Below, in pieces: positions 20,556 through 30,234 of a stretch of 64,000 bases of DNA. This stretch comes from Thermoanaerobaculia bacterium. GTDB taxonomy: Bacteria; Acidobacteriota; Thermoanaerobaculia; Gp7-AA8. The notes under the pieces were generated by a model. The model had not been told where the DNA came from. It saw only the letters and a program-made list of their open reading frames with translations, and did not search any database. The stretch lies in NCBI GenBank assembly GCA_038230535.1, contig JBBRNB010000009.1, positions 7,729 through 71,728 of the forward strand. The letters are read 5' to 3'. The translations under genes and the position numbers were made by a program. The stretch's first letter is position 1. Every line of letters begins with the position of its first letter.

Positions 20556-21442
20556 CGGGTGTGCTCTCTCCGGATCATGACGAAGATGAATCCGGCCAGG
20601 CCGAGCATCGTGGCCACGCCTCCGGCGCGAACGAAGTTCATGGCTGTCCGGCTATACCTTCCGTTTGCCGGATCGTAGTGGTAGCAGAGAAGGAGGATGG
20701 CGTCGGTGGCCGTGCCGATCTTGCCGCCCGATGCCTCGACCAGCGCGAGCCGGAGATCGCGCGGCTTGTATTCGAAGCCGAAGAGGTAACGCGAAACACG
20801 CCCCGCGGACGTCGTCGTAATCAGCGCCGTCGCGTGCGCGAACTGATCGGTCTTGGGGTCGTACGCGTACTGGAAGCCGGCTATGTTCGTGAGGCGCTTG
20901 ATCGCGCTTTCATTTCCGGTGAGGAAGTGCCAGCCGTTCGCGGCACCAAAGCGGCCGTATCGTTTGACGTATATCTCTTTCTTCGCCGCGGCCTGCTCCG
21001 GCGTATCGCGCGGATCGATGCTGACGGTGACGACGTCGAACTCCTTGCCGATGTCGAATCGGAGCTCGGTCAGCGCGTTGGTCACTCCGTCCATGACCAT
21101 TGGGCAGAGCATCGGGCAGCGGTAGTACATGAAGTTCAGCAGCACCGGCTTGCCATGGTTGAAGTATTCGCCGAGGCGCACCACCCTGCCGGTCTCGTCG
21201 CGGAGCATCAGATCGAGCGGTAGTTGCGCGTTGAGGTTCTGCGCAATGGCGACCTTCCCCGGGAGCTCCGGCGGTGTGGCGGAGTTGGATTGGGCAAACG
21301 CAGAGGCAGCAAGCAGAAGCGCCGCAATCGCGATGCGAAGGCCTTTATCCGCAGATGACGCAGATTGACGCAGATTCGAGATCGATGCATCGCTCTTGTC
21401 TGCGTTAATCTGCGTAATCTGCGGATCGGCTCCCCGCCTCAT
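20552..21442 (-). CDS. SCO/SenC family copper chaperone
   Basis: CPMLC (CxxxC), VSIDPRDT, WHFLTG, FAH; ATG at 21442 overlaps the actG stop (ATGA coupling). Confidence 0.88.
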   Translation of the reverse strand: MRRGADPQITQINADKSDASISNLRQSASSADKGLRIAIAALLLAASAFAQSNSATPPELPGKVAIAQNLNAQLPLDLMLRDETGRVVRLGEYFNHGKPVLLNFMYYRCPMLCPMVMDGVTNALTELRFDIGKEFDVVTVSIDPRDTPEQAAAKKEIYVKRYGRFGAANGWHFLTGNESAIKRLTNIAGFQYAYDPKTDQFAHATALITTTSAGRVSRYLFGFEYKPRDLRLALVEASGGKIGTATDAILLLCYHYDPANGRYSRTAMNFVRAGGVATMLGLAGFIFVMIRREHTR

Positions 21443-21885
21443 GGTGTCCCTTCTTTCACGACAGGCAATCCGCGCTGCACTACGAGTTGCTTCGCTACGT
21501 CGATCGGCAGCCTTACGACGCCCTTCTGCTGATCCACCCACCCCGCCTTGTTCATCGCTTCGTCCTCGGCGATGCGCATCTCTGCCATGTCCTTTACCGG
21601 GGTACTCACGTTTGGCGGCAGGTCATTGGCCGGGAACGGTTGCAGGCGCGGCGCCGCCGGTACCGAGGATGGGCGGGGCATCATCGTCAGCGGTTGCGAC
21701 GTTTCGTTGCGGAAGTACCGGGCGTAGGCGTGGAACTGGAGATAGAGAACGAGATGCGTCACGCCGGCGAAGATCACGAAGATGACCACGGCCCAAAGGA
21801 GCGCGCGGACGTTGACGTCGCTCTCCTCATGCCGGGTCTCGGCGTTGACGATCTCGTCGTCGCGGTAGTGAGCGTGATCAGCCAT
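21439..21885 (-). CDS. actG: Alternative complex III subunit ActG-like
   Basis: HE.SDVNV, one TM, P.PRLQ and GWVD...GVVRLPID.A motifs; position after actF. Confidence 0.72.
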   Translation of the reverse strand: MADHAHYRDDEIVNAETRHEESDVNVRALLWAVVIFVIFAGVTHLVLYLQFHAYARYFRNETSQPLTMMPRPSSVPAAPRLQPFPANDLPPNVSTPVKDMAEMRIAEDEAMNKAGWVDQQKGVVRLPIDVAKQLVVQRGLPVVKEGTP

Positions 21886-23071
21886 TGATCTCCAGCGCCC
21901 CCTCGCGAATCGCTTCTTCGACCCACGTCTCATGAATCGGGATGATCGTCTGTCCACGGAGCTGGCCGATGAAAGCCCAGATCCAGATCCCGCCGATGCC
22001 GAGCAGCGACGCGAGACTCATCCACGACCAACTGAAATGCTCGCCGTACCACGACGGTGCCACGAGCCAGTAGAGGACCACATACCGCATCACGATGACG
22101 ATCACGGCCACGATGGCGATCGTCTTCGGCTTGTCTTTGACCGGCCGCATCAGGAGCAGGCCGAAGGGCAGGAAGAAGTGGAACATGGCCACAGAGAACG
22201 CCATCACACCCCACACGCCGTTGTTGCGGACCAGGTAGTGCGGGATCTCTTCGTGGAGATTGGCGTACCAGATCAGCAGAAACTCGGAGAATGTGGTGTA
22301 GGCGTAAAACATCACGAAGGCCAGCATCAGGTTGCCGAGGTCGCGCAGGTGCGAAGGCTTGAGCACGCCGGTCATCGCTTTCGTGTGTGCGAGCTGCGCC
22401 AGGAAGAACGTCACGAACGCCAGCGCGGAGAGCGCGCAACCGACGACAAAGGTAATGCCGTAGATCGTCGAGCTGAACTTCGGTTCCGTCGACAGCATCC
22501 AATCGATCGATGCGAAGGTCAGCGTCAGGACGATCATCACCAGCCCCGAGGCCGCCCACTTGCGTCGCGTCAACTCGGTGTACGGCGAGCGGTCCTGGTA
22601 GAACTTGAGCGAGAGGTTACGGATGCGCCACGCCCAGAGGTTCCAGAGCGTGAAGTAGATCGCCGCGAAGATGACGAAACGCTTCCAGTTCAGCCAGTCG
22701 AGCTTCTGGCGCACGCTCTCATCGGCCATCGCCCACGCCGTGTTGGACCACGGATAGAGGACCTTCATCCCGAAGAGGATGGGAATGAAGAAGAGGACCA
22801 TCCAGAGCATCGTGCGCGCCGCGGCACCGAGCGGACGGCGGATCATGAGACCCCACTCGCCGCCGGTGACGTACTGCAGCATCAGCACAGCCAGCGAACC
22901 TGCCACGATCGAGAACCAGAAGAGGAAGCTCGGCAGATAGGATTGAAAGAACGTCTCGCGATTGACGACATAACCGACGATGCTCAGGGCGATACCGATG
23001 ATGCCGATGACGAGCGACGGCATCCGCACGCGCTCGATGCCGGTGGCTGGGGCGCTCACTTCGGCGGTCAT
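21878..23071 (-). CDS. actF: Alternative complex III membrane subunit ActF
   Basis: About 10 TM segments; DW.LS..P.F.ST.YG, DLGNLMLAF, FSEFLLIWYANL.EE. Confidence 0.9.
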   Translation of the reverse strand: MTAEVSAPATGIERVRMPSLVIGIIGIALSIVGYVVNRETFFQSYLPSFLFWFSIVAGSLAVLMLQYVTGGEWGLMIRRPLGAAARTMLWMVLFFIPILFGMKVLYPWSNTAWAMADESVRQKLDWLNWKRFVIFAAIYFTLWNLWAWRIRNLSLKFYQDRSPYTELTRRKWAASGLVMIVLTLTFASIDWMLSTEPKFSSTIYGITFVVGCALSALAFVTFFLAQLAHTKAMTGVLKPSHLRDLGNLMLAFVMFYAYTTFSEFLLIWYANLHEEIPHYLVRNNGVWGVMAFSVAMFHFFLPFGLLLMRPVKDKPKTIAIVAVIVIVMRYVVLYWLVAPSWYGEHFSWSWMSLASLLGIGGIWIWAFIGQLRGQTIIPIHETWVEEAIREGALEING

Positions 23072-23733
23072 GGCTTACCTCCGGCGTCGAGTTGCGCGCG
23101 CTGCGCCGGCGGCAGGTCGTTGATGGTGCCGTTCCGGCTCAGTTGCAGCGCCCGGATGTAGGCGATGATGGCCCAGCGGTCGCTGACGGGAACCTGGATC
23201 GCATACGACGGCATCGCGCCGAATCCGTTCGTCATCACATCAAAGAAGTGTCCCGTCTTCGCGCTCCTCAACACCTCTGTATGAAACGAGGGGGGATGCC
23301 GCAGACCGCGCGACGGGATCATGCCGTTGCCGTCGCCGGCCCGGCCATGGCACGGCGAGCAATAGATGTTGAAGCGCTCCTGCCCGCGATCCATGACTGC
23401 GGCGGTGATCGGAAACGGATAACCGTCTCCGTCGGCATTGCCGCTCTTTCCGGTAGCCATGAAGCCGTCGATGGCCAACTCCCCGCGCGCCACGGTTCCC
23501 GGAATCCGAGGACGCGCAGACATGCCGTCGGCGAAGAAGTCGCTCGGCTCCAGTGGGTCGTATTTCGGTTGATTGGCCATTTTCTGACGGCAAGAGAAAA
23601 GCAGAAGGCTTCCGGAAAGCAGAAGGCAGAAAGCAGAAAGCAGAAGGGAACGCCGCGCAGGCCGGTGGCCACGCTCATTTCTGCTTTCTGCCTTCTGCCC
23701 TCTGCTTTCCTCAGTCTTCTTACCAGGGAACAT
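23068..23733 (-). CDS. actE: Alternative complex III monoheme cytochrome c lipoprotein ActE
   Basis: Lipobox LFSC-RQ.M..QP, FFADG...R...GTVARG, CSPCHG, MP.Y, DRWAIIAYIRALQ. Confidence 0.92.
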   Translation of the reverse strand: MFPGKKTEESRGQKAESRNERGHRPARRSLLLSAFCLLLSGSLLLFSCRQKMANQPKYDPLEPSDFFADGMSARPRIPGTVARGELAIDGFMATGKSGNADGDGYPFPITAAVMDRGQERFNIYCSPCHGRAGDGNGMIPSRGLRHPPSFHTEVLRSAKTGHFFDVMTNGFGAMPSYAIQVPVSDRWAIIAYIRALQLSRNGTINDLPPAQRAQLDAGGKP

Positions 23734-24268
23734 CGACGACCTCGCGTGGATGGAGTGCCTCGAGAAACTTCCAGACGCTGTCGAGGTCGAACTTCGGATC
23801 GCGCGCCTGGATGACCAGGAAGAATTTGTCGCGCGAGGCCTGATCGAATCGACGGACGTTGAAGACAGGGTGATACGGCATAGGCAGACCGTTGAGAGCG
23901 AGCATGCCGAAGACCGCCGCGAACGCGGCGAGGAGGATCGTGCACTCGAAGGTGATCGGAATCCAGGCAGGCCATGAGTTGAGTGGCTTGCCGCCGATGT
24001 TGAGCGGATAGCTGATGACGTTGGCGTACCAGCACATGAAGAAGCCGCTCAAGCCGCCGATGATCCCACCGCCGAGAACCAGAGCCGACATGCCGGTGGA
24101 GCGCATCCCCACCGCCTCATGCAGTCCATGAATCGGAAACGGCGAAAAGGCGTCCATCTCCGTGTAGCCGGCATCGCGCGCAGCCTCGGCCGCGGACATC
24201 AGCTCGGCCGGCGAGGTGAACTCGGCGATGACGCCGTACATCCCGGTTCTGACTTTGCCGATACCCAT
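23720..24268 (-). CDS. actD: Alternative complex III subunit ActD (DUF3341)
   Basis: AEF..P..L.......GY..MDAFSPFPIHGL, YPLNIGGKP, FE.TIL. Confidence 0.92.
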   Translation of the reverse strand: MGIGKVRTGMYGVIAEFTSPAELMSAAEAARDAGYTEMDAFSPFPIHGLHEAVGMRSTGMSALVLGGGIIGGLSGFFMCWYANVISYPLNIGGKPLNSWPAWIPITFECTILLAAFAAVFGMLALNGLPMPYHPVFNVRRFDQASRDKFFLVIQARDPKFDLDSVWKFLEALHPREVVDVPW

Positions 24269-24271
24269 CGC

Positions 24272-25696
24272 TTACGCCTCGTGCCCTTCCGGATGCGTCT
24301 GCGCCTCGGGCAGCATCGTCCGCATCTCGAAGATCGAGATCATCGGAAGGAAGCGGACAAAAAGGAACAGCAGGAAGAAGAACAGTCCCATCGATCCGAT
24401 GAACATCCCCCAGTCCCATTGGGTGCTGTGGTACATGCCCCACGACGATGGCAGGAAGTCCCGGTGCAACGACGTCGGGATGATGACGAAGCGCTCCAGC
24501 CACATGCCGACGTTGACGAACATCGCCACGATGAAGAGCCCGACGGTCGATGTCCGGAACCGCCGGAACCACATCAGTTGCGGCGCCAGACCGTTGCAGA
24601 CGAGCAGCATCGCGTACATCTTCCAGTACGGTCCCTGCACACGGTTGAGCCACATGTAGCGCTCGAAGTTGTTGCCGCTGTAGTAGGCAAAGAACGCTTC
24701 CATCGCGTACGAGTAAAAGACGATCAACCCCGTCGCCAGCATGACCTTGCCCATGTTCTCGAGGTGCTTCATGGTGATGAAGTCCTCGAGGTGGAACATC
24801 TTCCGCGCCGGAATGGCCAGCGTCAGAACCATGGCGAAGCCTGCGTAGACCGCGCCAGCCACGAAGTACGGAGGGAAGAACGTGGAATGCCACCCCGGAA
24901 CCTGGGCCACGGCGAAGTCGAACGAGACGATGGTATGGACCGACAGCACCAACGGCGTGGAGAGCCCCGCAAGCAGCAGGTAGGTCGACTCGTATCGAAA
25001 CCAGTGCTTGGCCGATCCGCGCCATCCGAGGGAAAACATTCCGTAGATGACGCGCGCGAACTTGCCGCGAGCGCGGTCGCGCAGCGTGGCCAGATCAGGG
25101 ATCAGACCGACATACCAGAAGAGAAGCGAGACGGTGGCGTAGGTGGAGACAGCGAAGACGTCCCACATCAGCGGGCTGCGGAACTGAGGCCACAACGACA
25201 TTGTGTTCGGGTAAGGGAAGAGCCAGAAGTCGTACCACGGCCTCCCCGTATGGAGTGCCGGATAGAGCCCCGCCGCCGACACCGCGAAGAGGGTCATCGC
25301 TTCGGCGAATCGATTGATCGACGTCCGCCACTCCTGGCGCAGAAGCAGGAGGATGGCAGAGATGAGCGTACCGGCATGACCGATACCGATCCACCAGACG
25401 AAGTTGAGGATGTCGAAGCCCCAGCCGACGGGATGGTTGATGCCCCAGATGCCGACGCCAACCAGCAGCAGTTTTCCGATGGTAGCCGTCAGCACCATCA
25501 CGCCCACGCAGGACGCGGCCATACCAACCCACCAGAGAAACGGCATCTTTTTCCGCAGGACGATGGCACTGATCTGATCCGTGACCGAGGCAAAGGTGTG
25601 CCCCGGCTCCACCGTCGGAACGGGAATGAAGCGCTCCGGGATCTCCTGCGTGAGCGGGCGGATCTCGTGGGCTGGTGTTTGGTCTCTTTCAGCCAT
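24272..25696 (-). CDS. actC: Alternative complex III quinol-binding subunit ActC (NrfD/PsrC family)
   Basis: NFVWWIGIGHAGTLISAIL, INRFAEAMT, HTGRPW, FRSPL.WD, VLSVH.IVSFDFA, GMWLERF. Confidence 0.95.
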   Translation of the reverse strand: MAERDQTPAHEIRPLTQEIPERFIPVPTVEPGHTFASVTDQISAIVLRKKMPFLWWVGMAASCVGVMVLTATIGKLLLVGVGIWGINHPVGWGFDILNFVWWIGIGHAGTLISAILLLLRQEWRTSINRFAEAMTLFAVSAAGLYPALHTGRPWYDFWLFPYPNTMSLWPQFRSPLMWDVFAVSTYATVSLLFWYVGLIPDLATLRDRARGKFARVIYGMFSLGWRGSAKHWFRYESTYLLLAGLSTPLVLSVHTIVSFDFAVAQVPGWHSTFFPPYFVAGAVYAGFAMVLTLAIPARKMFHLEDFITMKHLENMGKVMLATGLIVFYSYAMEAFFAYYSGNNFERYMWLNRVQGPYWKMYAMLLVCNGLAPQLMWFRRFRTSTVGLFIVAMFVNVGMWLERFVIIPTSLHRDFLPSSWGMYHSTQWDWGMFIGSMGLFFFLLFLFVRFLPMISIFEMRTMLPEAQTHPEGHEA

Positions 25697-25705
25697 GGTT
25701 ATTGC

Positions 25706-26287
25706 GGCGGGGTTAGTTGCGCTTCGCGTTGTCGGTTGTCGGTTGATTGCGCTTCGCGGGGACTCGGTTGCCTGCGCTTCGCGCGTTGTCGGTTGTCTGC
25801 GCGTTGCGCGTTGTTCGTTCTCGGTTGCCGGTTGGTTGTGCCGCTGCGATGCGCGTCACCAGGGCTCGCCGCCGGAGTGCGGCGGGAGGACCGTAGCCCC
25901 CGGCTTCAGCCGGGGGTTCAGCGGCATCACCAATTTGTGAGCCCGCTTCAGCGGGCGGCAGAATCGCACCGCGGGAAGGACATCGGTACGGCAGGGCATG
26001 CAGGGTTTCTTCTCTGTCGCCCGCTACGCGGACTCGAAAGAGTGGGAGGACTCCATACCCCCGGCTAAAGCCGGGGGCTACGGATCTCATGCCGGCTACG
26101 CCGGCGGCTTCGGAGGTTAGGCCTGTTCCGCCGGCGCTGAGAACTGCGTGTCTCGAGCCTGGCAGGTTCCCTATGTCCAACCTGACGGCGCGGAACGTCG
26201 CCGATGCGGAATCCGGTCGCAAGGTTCGGTCAACGCGCGGCGCGAGCCGCGCAATCAACCGACCACCGACAACGCGCAAAGCGCAAT
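25706..26287. repeat. Nested repeat cassette between actB and actC: 7-mer arms flanking an inverted REP pair
   Basis: gttgtcg/gttgcgc repeats at 25712-25840 mirrored by caaccgaccaccgacaacgcgc at 26230-26286; GTAGCCCCCGGCTTCAGCCGGGGG (25893) and CCCCGGCTAAAGCCGGGGGCTAC (ends 26081). Confidence 0.78.
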
Positions 26288-29200
26288 TCATTTGATCTCC
26301 GGATTCGGGTTCTTGATTGCGCCGAGGTACGTCGTACGAGGCCGTGTATTCAACTCGGCAAGTAGTGCGTAGTTCGCCGGCTCAGCCTTGAGCGCAGCGA
26401 CGCGGCTCGACTTGTCGTTCATATCGCCGAACACGATGGCATCCGTCGGGCAGGCTTGCTGGCAGGCGGTGACGATCTCACCGTCGCGCACGCGCCGTCC
26501 CTGCTTTTCCGCTTCGATCTTCGAGGCGTTGATGCGCTGGACGCAGTAAGTACACTTCTCCATCACGCCGCGCGTTCGCACCGTGACGTCGGGGTTTCGC
26601 TGGGCTTTGAGCGCCGGCGTCTCGTAGTCGCTGTAGTGGAAGAAGTTGAAGCGCCGTACTTTGTACGGACAGTTGTTCGAGCAGTAGCGCGTTCCGACAC
26701 ACCGGTTGTAGGTCATGTCGTTCAACCCCTCGGGGCTGTGCGAGGTCGCACCAACCGGACAGACCGGCTCGCAGGGGGCGTTCTCGCACTGCATGCACGG
26801 CACCGGCTGGTGGTAGACCTCCGGGTTGTCAGCGCTCCCGCGGTAGTAGCGGTCGATGCGCAACCAGTGCATCTCGCGCTCCGCCAGGACCTGATCCTTG
26901 CCGACGATGGGGATGTTGTTCTCCGACTGACAGGCGACGACGCAGCCGTTGCATCCGGTGCAGACGGAAGTGTCGATGACCATGGCCCACGCATGCGACT
27001 TCGAGTAGTCGTACGGCGGGTACATCGTCTCCGGGCTCTGTTCCAATTCCTTCTTGTAATCACGGACGAAATCCGGCTTGGCCAGATATTCGGCGAACGT
27101 GGCGGAGCGGATGATGCCGCGATCGGCACCGACATCGCTGGGATTGAGGCTCTGATGCTCCTGGGTGCAGGCTACGGAGTACGGCGGTTCGTTCGTCAGC
27201 TCGATCTCCGCCCCGACTCCTCCCGAGAGAGCTTCGGAAAAACGGAACGGCGTGACATCGACGCCGAGCGTACCGCCCGAAATGTGGAACGGAGCGAGAT
27301 CGAGGCCGAGCATCCCCTTCGTATGAGCCGCCGGCGTGGCAATCTGGCCGCCGCGCGTCCGGCCGTAGCCCATGAATAGCGTGATCGTCCCGTCCGCGTG
27401 GCCCGGCACGACCCAGATCGGCGTGCGTAACTTGGTGCCGCGATAACGGATGTCGGCCAGGAGCGTCTGCTTCTCGTTGACGAGGGCATCGCGCCGTTTG
27501 TCGTCGTAGCCGATGGCGGCCGCGGTCTTCGGACTGACCAGAGCGACGTTCTCCCAGCAGATTTTCGTCTGCGGCTTCGGCAGCTCCTGCAGCCAGCCGT
27601 TGTTGGCGAATCGGCCGTCGTAGATGTTGGGGTCGGGGAGGATGCGGAGCTCGTAGCCCTGGGTTGCTGCGTTGCTGGGTTGCTGGGTTGCTGCGATCAC
27701 GGCCGTCCCGGACGCTGTTCGTGCCGGCAATGCCGAGCCTGCGATGACGCCGTCGTTGAGCCATTTGCGCCAGGTGGCGTTGAAGTTCAGGGCACCCGCC
27801 TTTGCTGACCAGTAGGCGCGCACGACATCGTATGGTGATTGGTCAAGTCCGCCGAGGAGCGCGCCCAGGAGCTCGTGCGGCGAACGGCCGTTGTAGAGCG
27901 GGGCGATCAGCGGCTGAACGATCGATACGGTGCCGTCGTGTGCACGCGCGTCGCTCCACGACTCGAGGTAGTGCGTCTCCGGGATGTGCCAGTGGACGTG
28001 CATCGACGTCTCGTCGTAGTACGGCGAGAGGTGCGCGCGGAAGGGCACCTTATCCATCGCTTTGACGAACGGGATATCGCCGGGAGCGTCGTAGACAGGA
28101 TTACCGCCGGCGATGATGAGGGTCGGGACCGTGCCGGCGTTCATGCCGGCGACGAGCTGACGCAGCGAATCGACCTGATTGACCGGCGCCACTTCGACCG
28201 GGTCGGTGATCGTGATCGTCGTGCCGAGGTTGCCGAGGGCCTGGTTGATGGCCATGGCGATGGCATGAACCGCCGGTGGCTGTTCGTCGCCGGCGACGAC
28301 GATGCTCGCGCCGCGGTTGCGCTGCAGATCGCGGATGAGCGCCGCAACCCACTCAGCGTGTTCTGTCGCGACCGCGGTACCGCTGCCGAGGCCTGCGGCG
28401 AGCGATCGGGCGTAGCCCTCGATCTGCGACGGACGTACGGCCAGACGATGATCGGCGAGCGAACCGGTACCTGTTGGTCCCGACTCGATGACGTACAGAC
28501 GATTGATCGACGTCGTCCCCTTGCGCACCTTTCGGCGGCCGGCGAAGTCGCGAGCGTAGCGGAGATGACCGGGGCCGCTGTCGAGGAAGTCAGCGTCGAG
28601 CGACACGACGACGTTTGCCTTGTCGTAGTGATAGACGGCGTTGACGTAGCCATTGAATGCGGCGCGGAGACCTTCGCGCACGTTATGGCCGCCGGCGGCT
28701 TCCCACTGGTGCCATTTGGCGCCGGGATACTGGGCGAGGAATTGCTGGATCTGGCCGCCGAGGGCCGGCGATGTGATGGTCTGAGTCAGGAGCCGCAGGC
28801 CGGCGCCGTTCGCGGCCGCCGCTTTCAGCGCCGGTTGCAGTGTGGCCAGGAACTCGCTCCAGGTGGAAATCTCGCCGAGGTGGCGGACCACTTGCGAACG
28901 GTCCGGATCGTAGAGGCCGAGGATCGACGCCTGCATGAATGAATTTGTCGCGCCGAGGCTGGAAGGATGATCGGGGTTGCCCTCGATCTTCGTCGGACGG
29001 TTCATGTGGCTCTCGACGAGCACGCCGTGTGCGTAGCCGCTGATCGGCATGGCCGTGGCGAAGAAGAGCGGTTTGCCGGGGATGATCCCTTCCGGCTGTC
29101 GAACATACGGGACGATCTTCTCGGCCGGGCGGTTGCACGCGGCCAGACCGCCGAGCGCCATCGACGCCCCCATCAGTTTCACGAAGTCCCGGCGGTCGAC

Positions 29201-29350
29201 ACCGCGCTCCAGCGCCAGCGCCCCCTGTGGGAACTCGCTCTCGACGACCTGCTCGAAGTCCTCGCGCGAAAGCTCGTCAAGGCTGCGCCAGTACTCGTTG
29301 CCGAGTCGCTTTTTGAAGCCTGCAAGATTGAGCTCGTTGTTTTGGGTCAT
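26288..29350 (-). CDS. actB: Alternative complex III subunit ActB (molybdopterin-oxidoreductase-like domain plus Fe-S domain, Tat-variant leader)
   Basis: YWRSLDEL...RRDFVKLMGAS, RPTKIEGNP.HP, NNGWLQELP.P, CTGCNGCVVAC, CMQCENAPCEPVCP, CVGTRYC.NNCPY, KCTYCVQR. Confidence 0.96.
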   Translation of the reverse strand: MTQNNELNLAGFKKRLGNEYWRSLDELSREDFEQVVESEFPQGALALERGVDRRDFVKLMGASMALGGLAACNRPAEKIVPYVRQPEGIIPGKPLFFATAMPISGYAHGVLVESHMNRPTKIEGNPDHPSSLGATNSFMQASILGLYDPDRSQVVRHLGEISTWSEFLATLQPALKAAAANGAGLRLLTQTITSPALGGQIQQFLAQYPGAKWHQWEAAGGHNVREGLRAAFNGYVNAVYHYDKANVVVSLDADFLDSGPGHLRYARDFAGRRKVRKGTTSINRLYVIESGPTGTGSLADHRLAVRPSQIEGYARSLAAGLGSGTAVATEHAEWVAALIRDLQRNRGASIVVAGDEQPPAVHAIAMAINQALGNLGTTITITDPVEVAPVNQVDSLRQLVAGMNAGTVPTLIIAGGNPVYDAPGDIPFVKAMDKVPFRAHLSPYYDETSMHVHWHIPETHYLESWSDARAHDGTVSIVQPLIAPLYNGRSPHELLGALLGGLDQSPYDVVRAYWSAKAGALNFNATWRKWLNDGVIAGSALPARTASGTAVIAATQQPSNAATQGYELRILPDPNIYDGRFANNGWLQELPKPQTKICWENVALVSPKTAAAIGYDDKRRDALVNEKQTLLADIRYRGTKLRTPIWVVPGHADGTITLFMGYGRTRGGQIATPAAHTKGMLGLDLAPFHISGGTLGVDVTPFRFSEALSGGVGAEIELTNEPPYSVACTQEHQSLNPSDVGADRGIIRSATFAEYLAKPDFVRDYKKELEQSPETMYPPYDYSKSHAWAMVIDTSVCTGCNGCVVACQSENNIPIVGKDQVLAEREMHWLRIDRYYRGSADNPEVYHQPVPCMQCENAPCEPVCPVGATSHSPEGLNDMTYNRCVGTRYCSNNCPYKVRRFNFFHYSDYETPALKAQRNPDVTVRTRGVMEKCTYCVQRINASKIEAEKQGRRVRDGEIVTACQQACPTDAIVFGDMNDKSSRVAALKAEPANYALLAELNTRPRTTYLGAIKNPNPEIK

Positions 29351-29359
29351 GGTGATTTC

Positions 29360-29441
29360 GGGGAGTAGGGCGTGGGGGGTAGGGGGTGGGAAAGAATCGA
29401 TTGAGTCGATCTCCCACACCCCACTCCCCACTCCCGACACC
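29360..29441. repeat. Palindromic 7-mer (GGGGAGT-type) cassette between actA and actB
   Basis: cgggagtagggcgtggggggtagggggtggg ... cccacaccccactccccactcccg. Confidence 0.72.
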
Positions 29442-30089
29442 CTAGTAGTGACACGTCGAACAGTTCGTCAACTTCTGAATGTTGTACTCCCGCACCAGTT
29501 GCGGGCCGGTGCTCTCCTGGTCTTTTGCGATGTACGCCATATTGAAAACCTCGCTGCGTGGGCGGACGAACTTCTCCGGCGCTCGATGGCAGCCCAGGCA
29601 CCACTCCATCGTCAGCGGCGAGTCCTGGTAGGTCAGCGCCATTTTGTCGATACGTCCGTGGCAGCTTGCGCAGCCGATGCCCTTGTTGACGTGGATGGAG
29701 TGGTTGAAGTGCACGAAATCCGGCAAGCGGTGAACGCGCGACCAGATGATCGGTTTGCCGGTGGCATAGCTGGCGCGTACCGGTTCGAGCATCTCGGCGT
29801 TCGTCCAGATCTGTGAGTGGCAGTTCATGCAGGTTTGCGTCGGCGGGATGCCGGCGAAATTCGAGACTTCGACGCTCGTATGGCAGTACCGGCAATCGAT
29901 CCCGAGTCCTGCGACATGATGCTGGTGGCTGAAAGGAACGGGTTGCTCGCGCTGGATCCCCTGGTCGGTGGCATACGGCGAACGGACCACGCCGCCGATC
30001 ACCCAAAGCACGAAGCCAGCGATGAAGACAGCGCCGAAGATCGTGACACGGGCGAGAGTATTGGCACTGCGGTGGAAAATCTGAGCCAT
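29442..30089 (-). CDS. actA: Alternative complex III pentaheme cytochrome c ActA
   Basis: MAQIFH start, one TM, QPVPFSH, five CxxCH motifs (CRYCH, CMNCH, CASCH, CLGCH, CSTCH). Confidence 0.96.
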   Translation of the reverse strand: MAQIFHRSANTLARVTIFGAVFIAGFVLWVIGGVVRSPYATDQGIQREQPVPFSHQHHVAGLGIDCRYCHTSVEVSNFAGIPPTQTCMNCHSQIWTNAEMLEPVRASYATGKPIIWSRVHRLPDFVHFNHSIHVNKGIGCASCHGRIDKMALTYQDSPLTMEWCLGCHRAPEKFVRPRSEVFNMAYIAKDQESTGPQLVREYNIQKLTNCSTCHY

Positions 30090-30234
30090 TCCAGGCTGCT
30101 ACCGTCCATCCAAGCGTGGGGTATCTAAAATCGAAAGGCGAGGAGCAATTGCCATGCACGGATTGCCCGATCCGAGCGAAACGCCGCGATCATATCGAAA
30201 TCGGGCGGTGACGCAAGGCCGCGCGTTCAGGATG

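Noticed and set aside
24119-26068. Long antisense ORFs (also 17797-19464, 61171-62667 and many others)
   Set aside because: Shadow ORFs opposite well-supported genes, as expected in high-GC DNA.
25713-26291. 192-aa ORF between actB and actC
   Set aside because: Composed of REP and heptamer translations (PAEAG, TTDN); no protein-like features.
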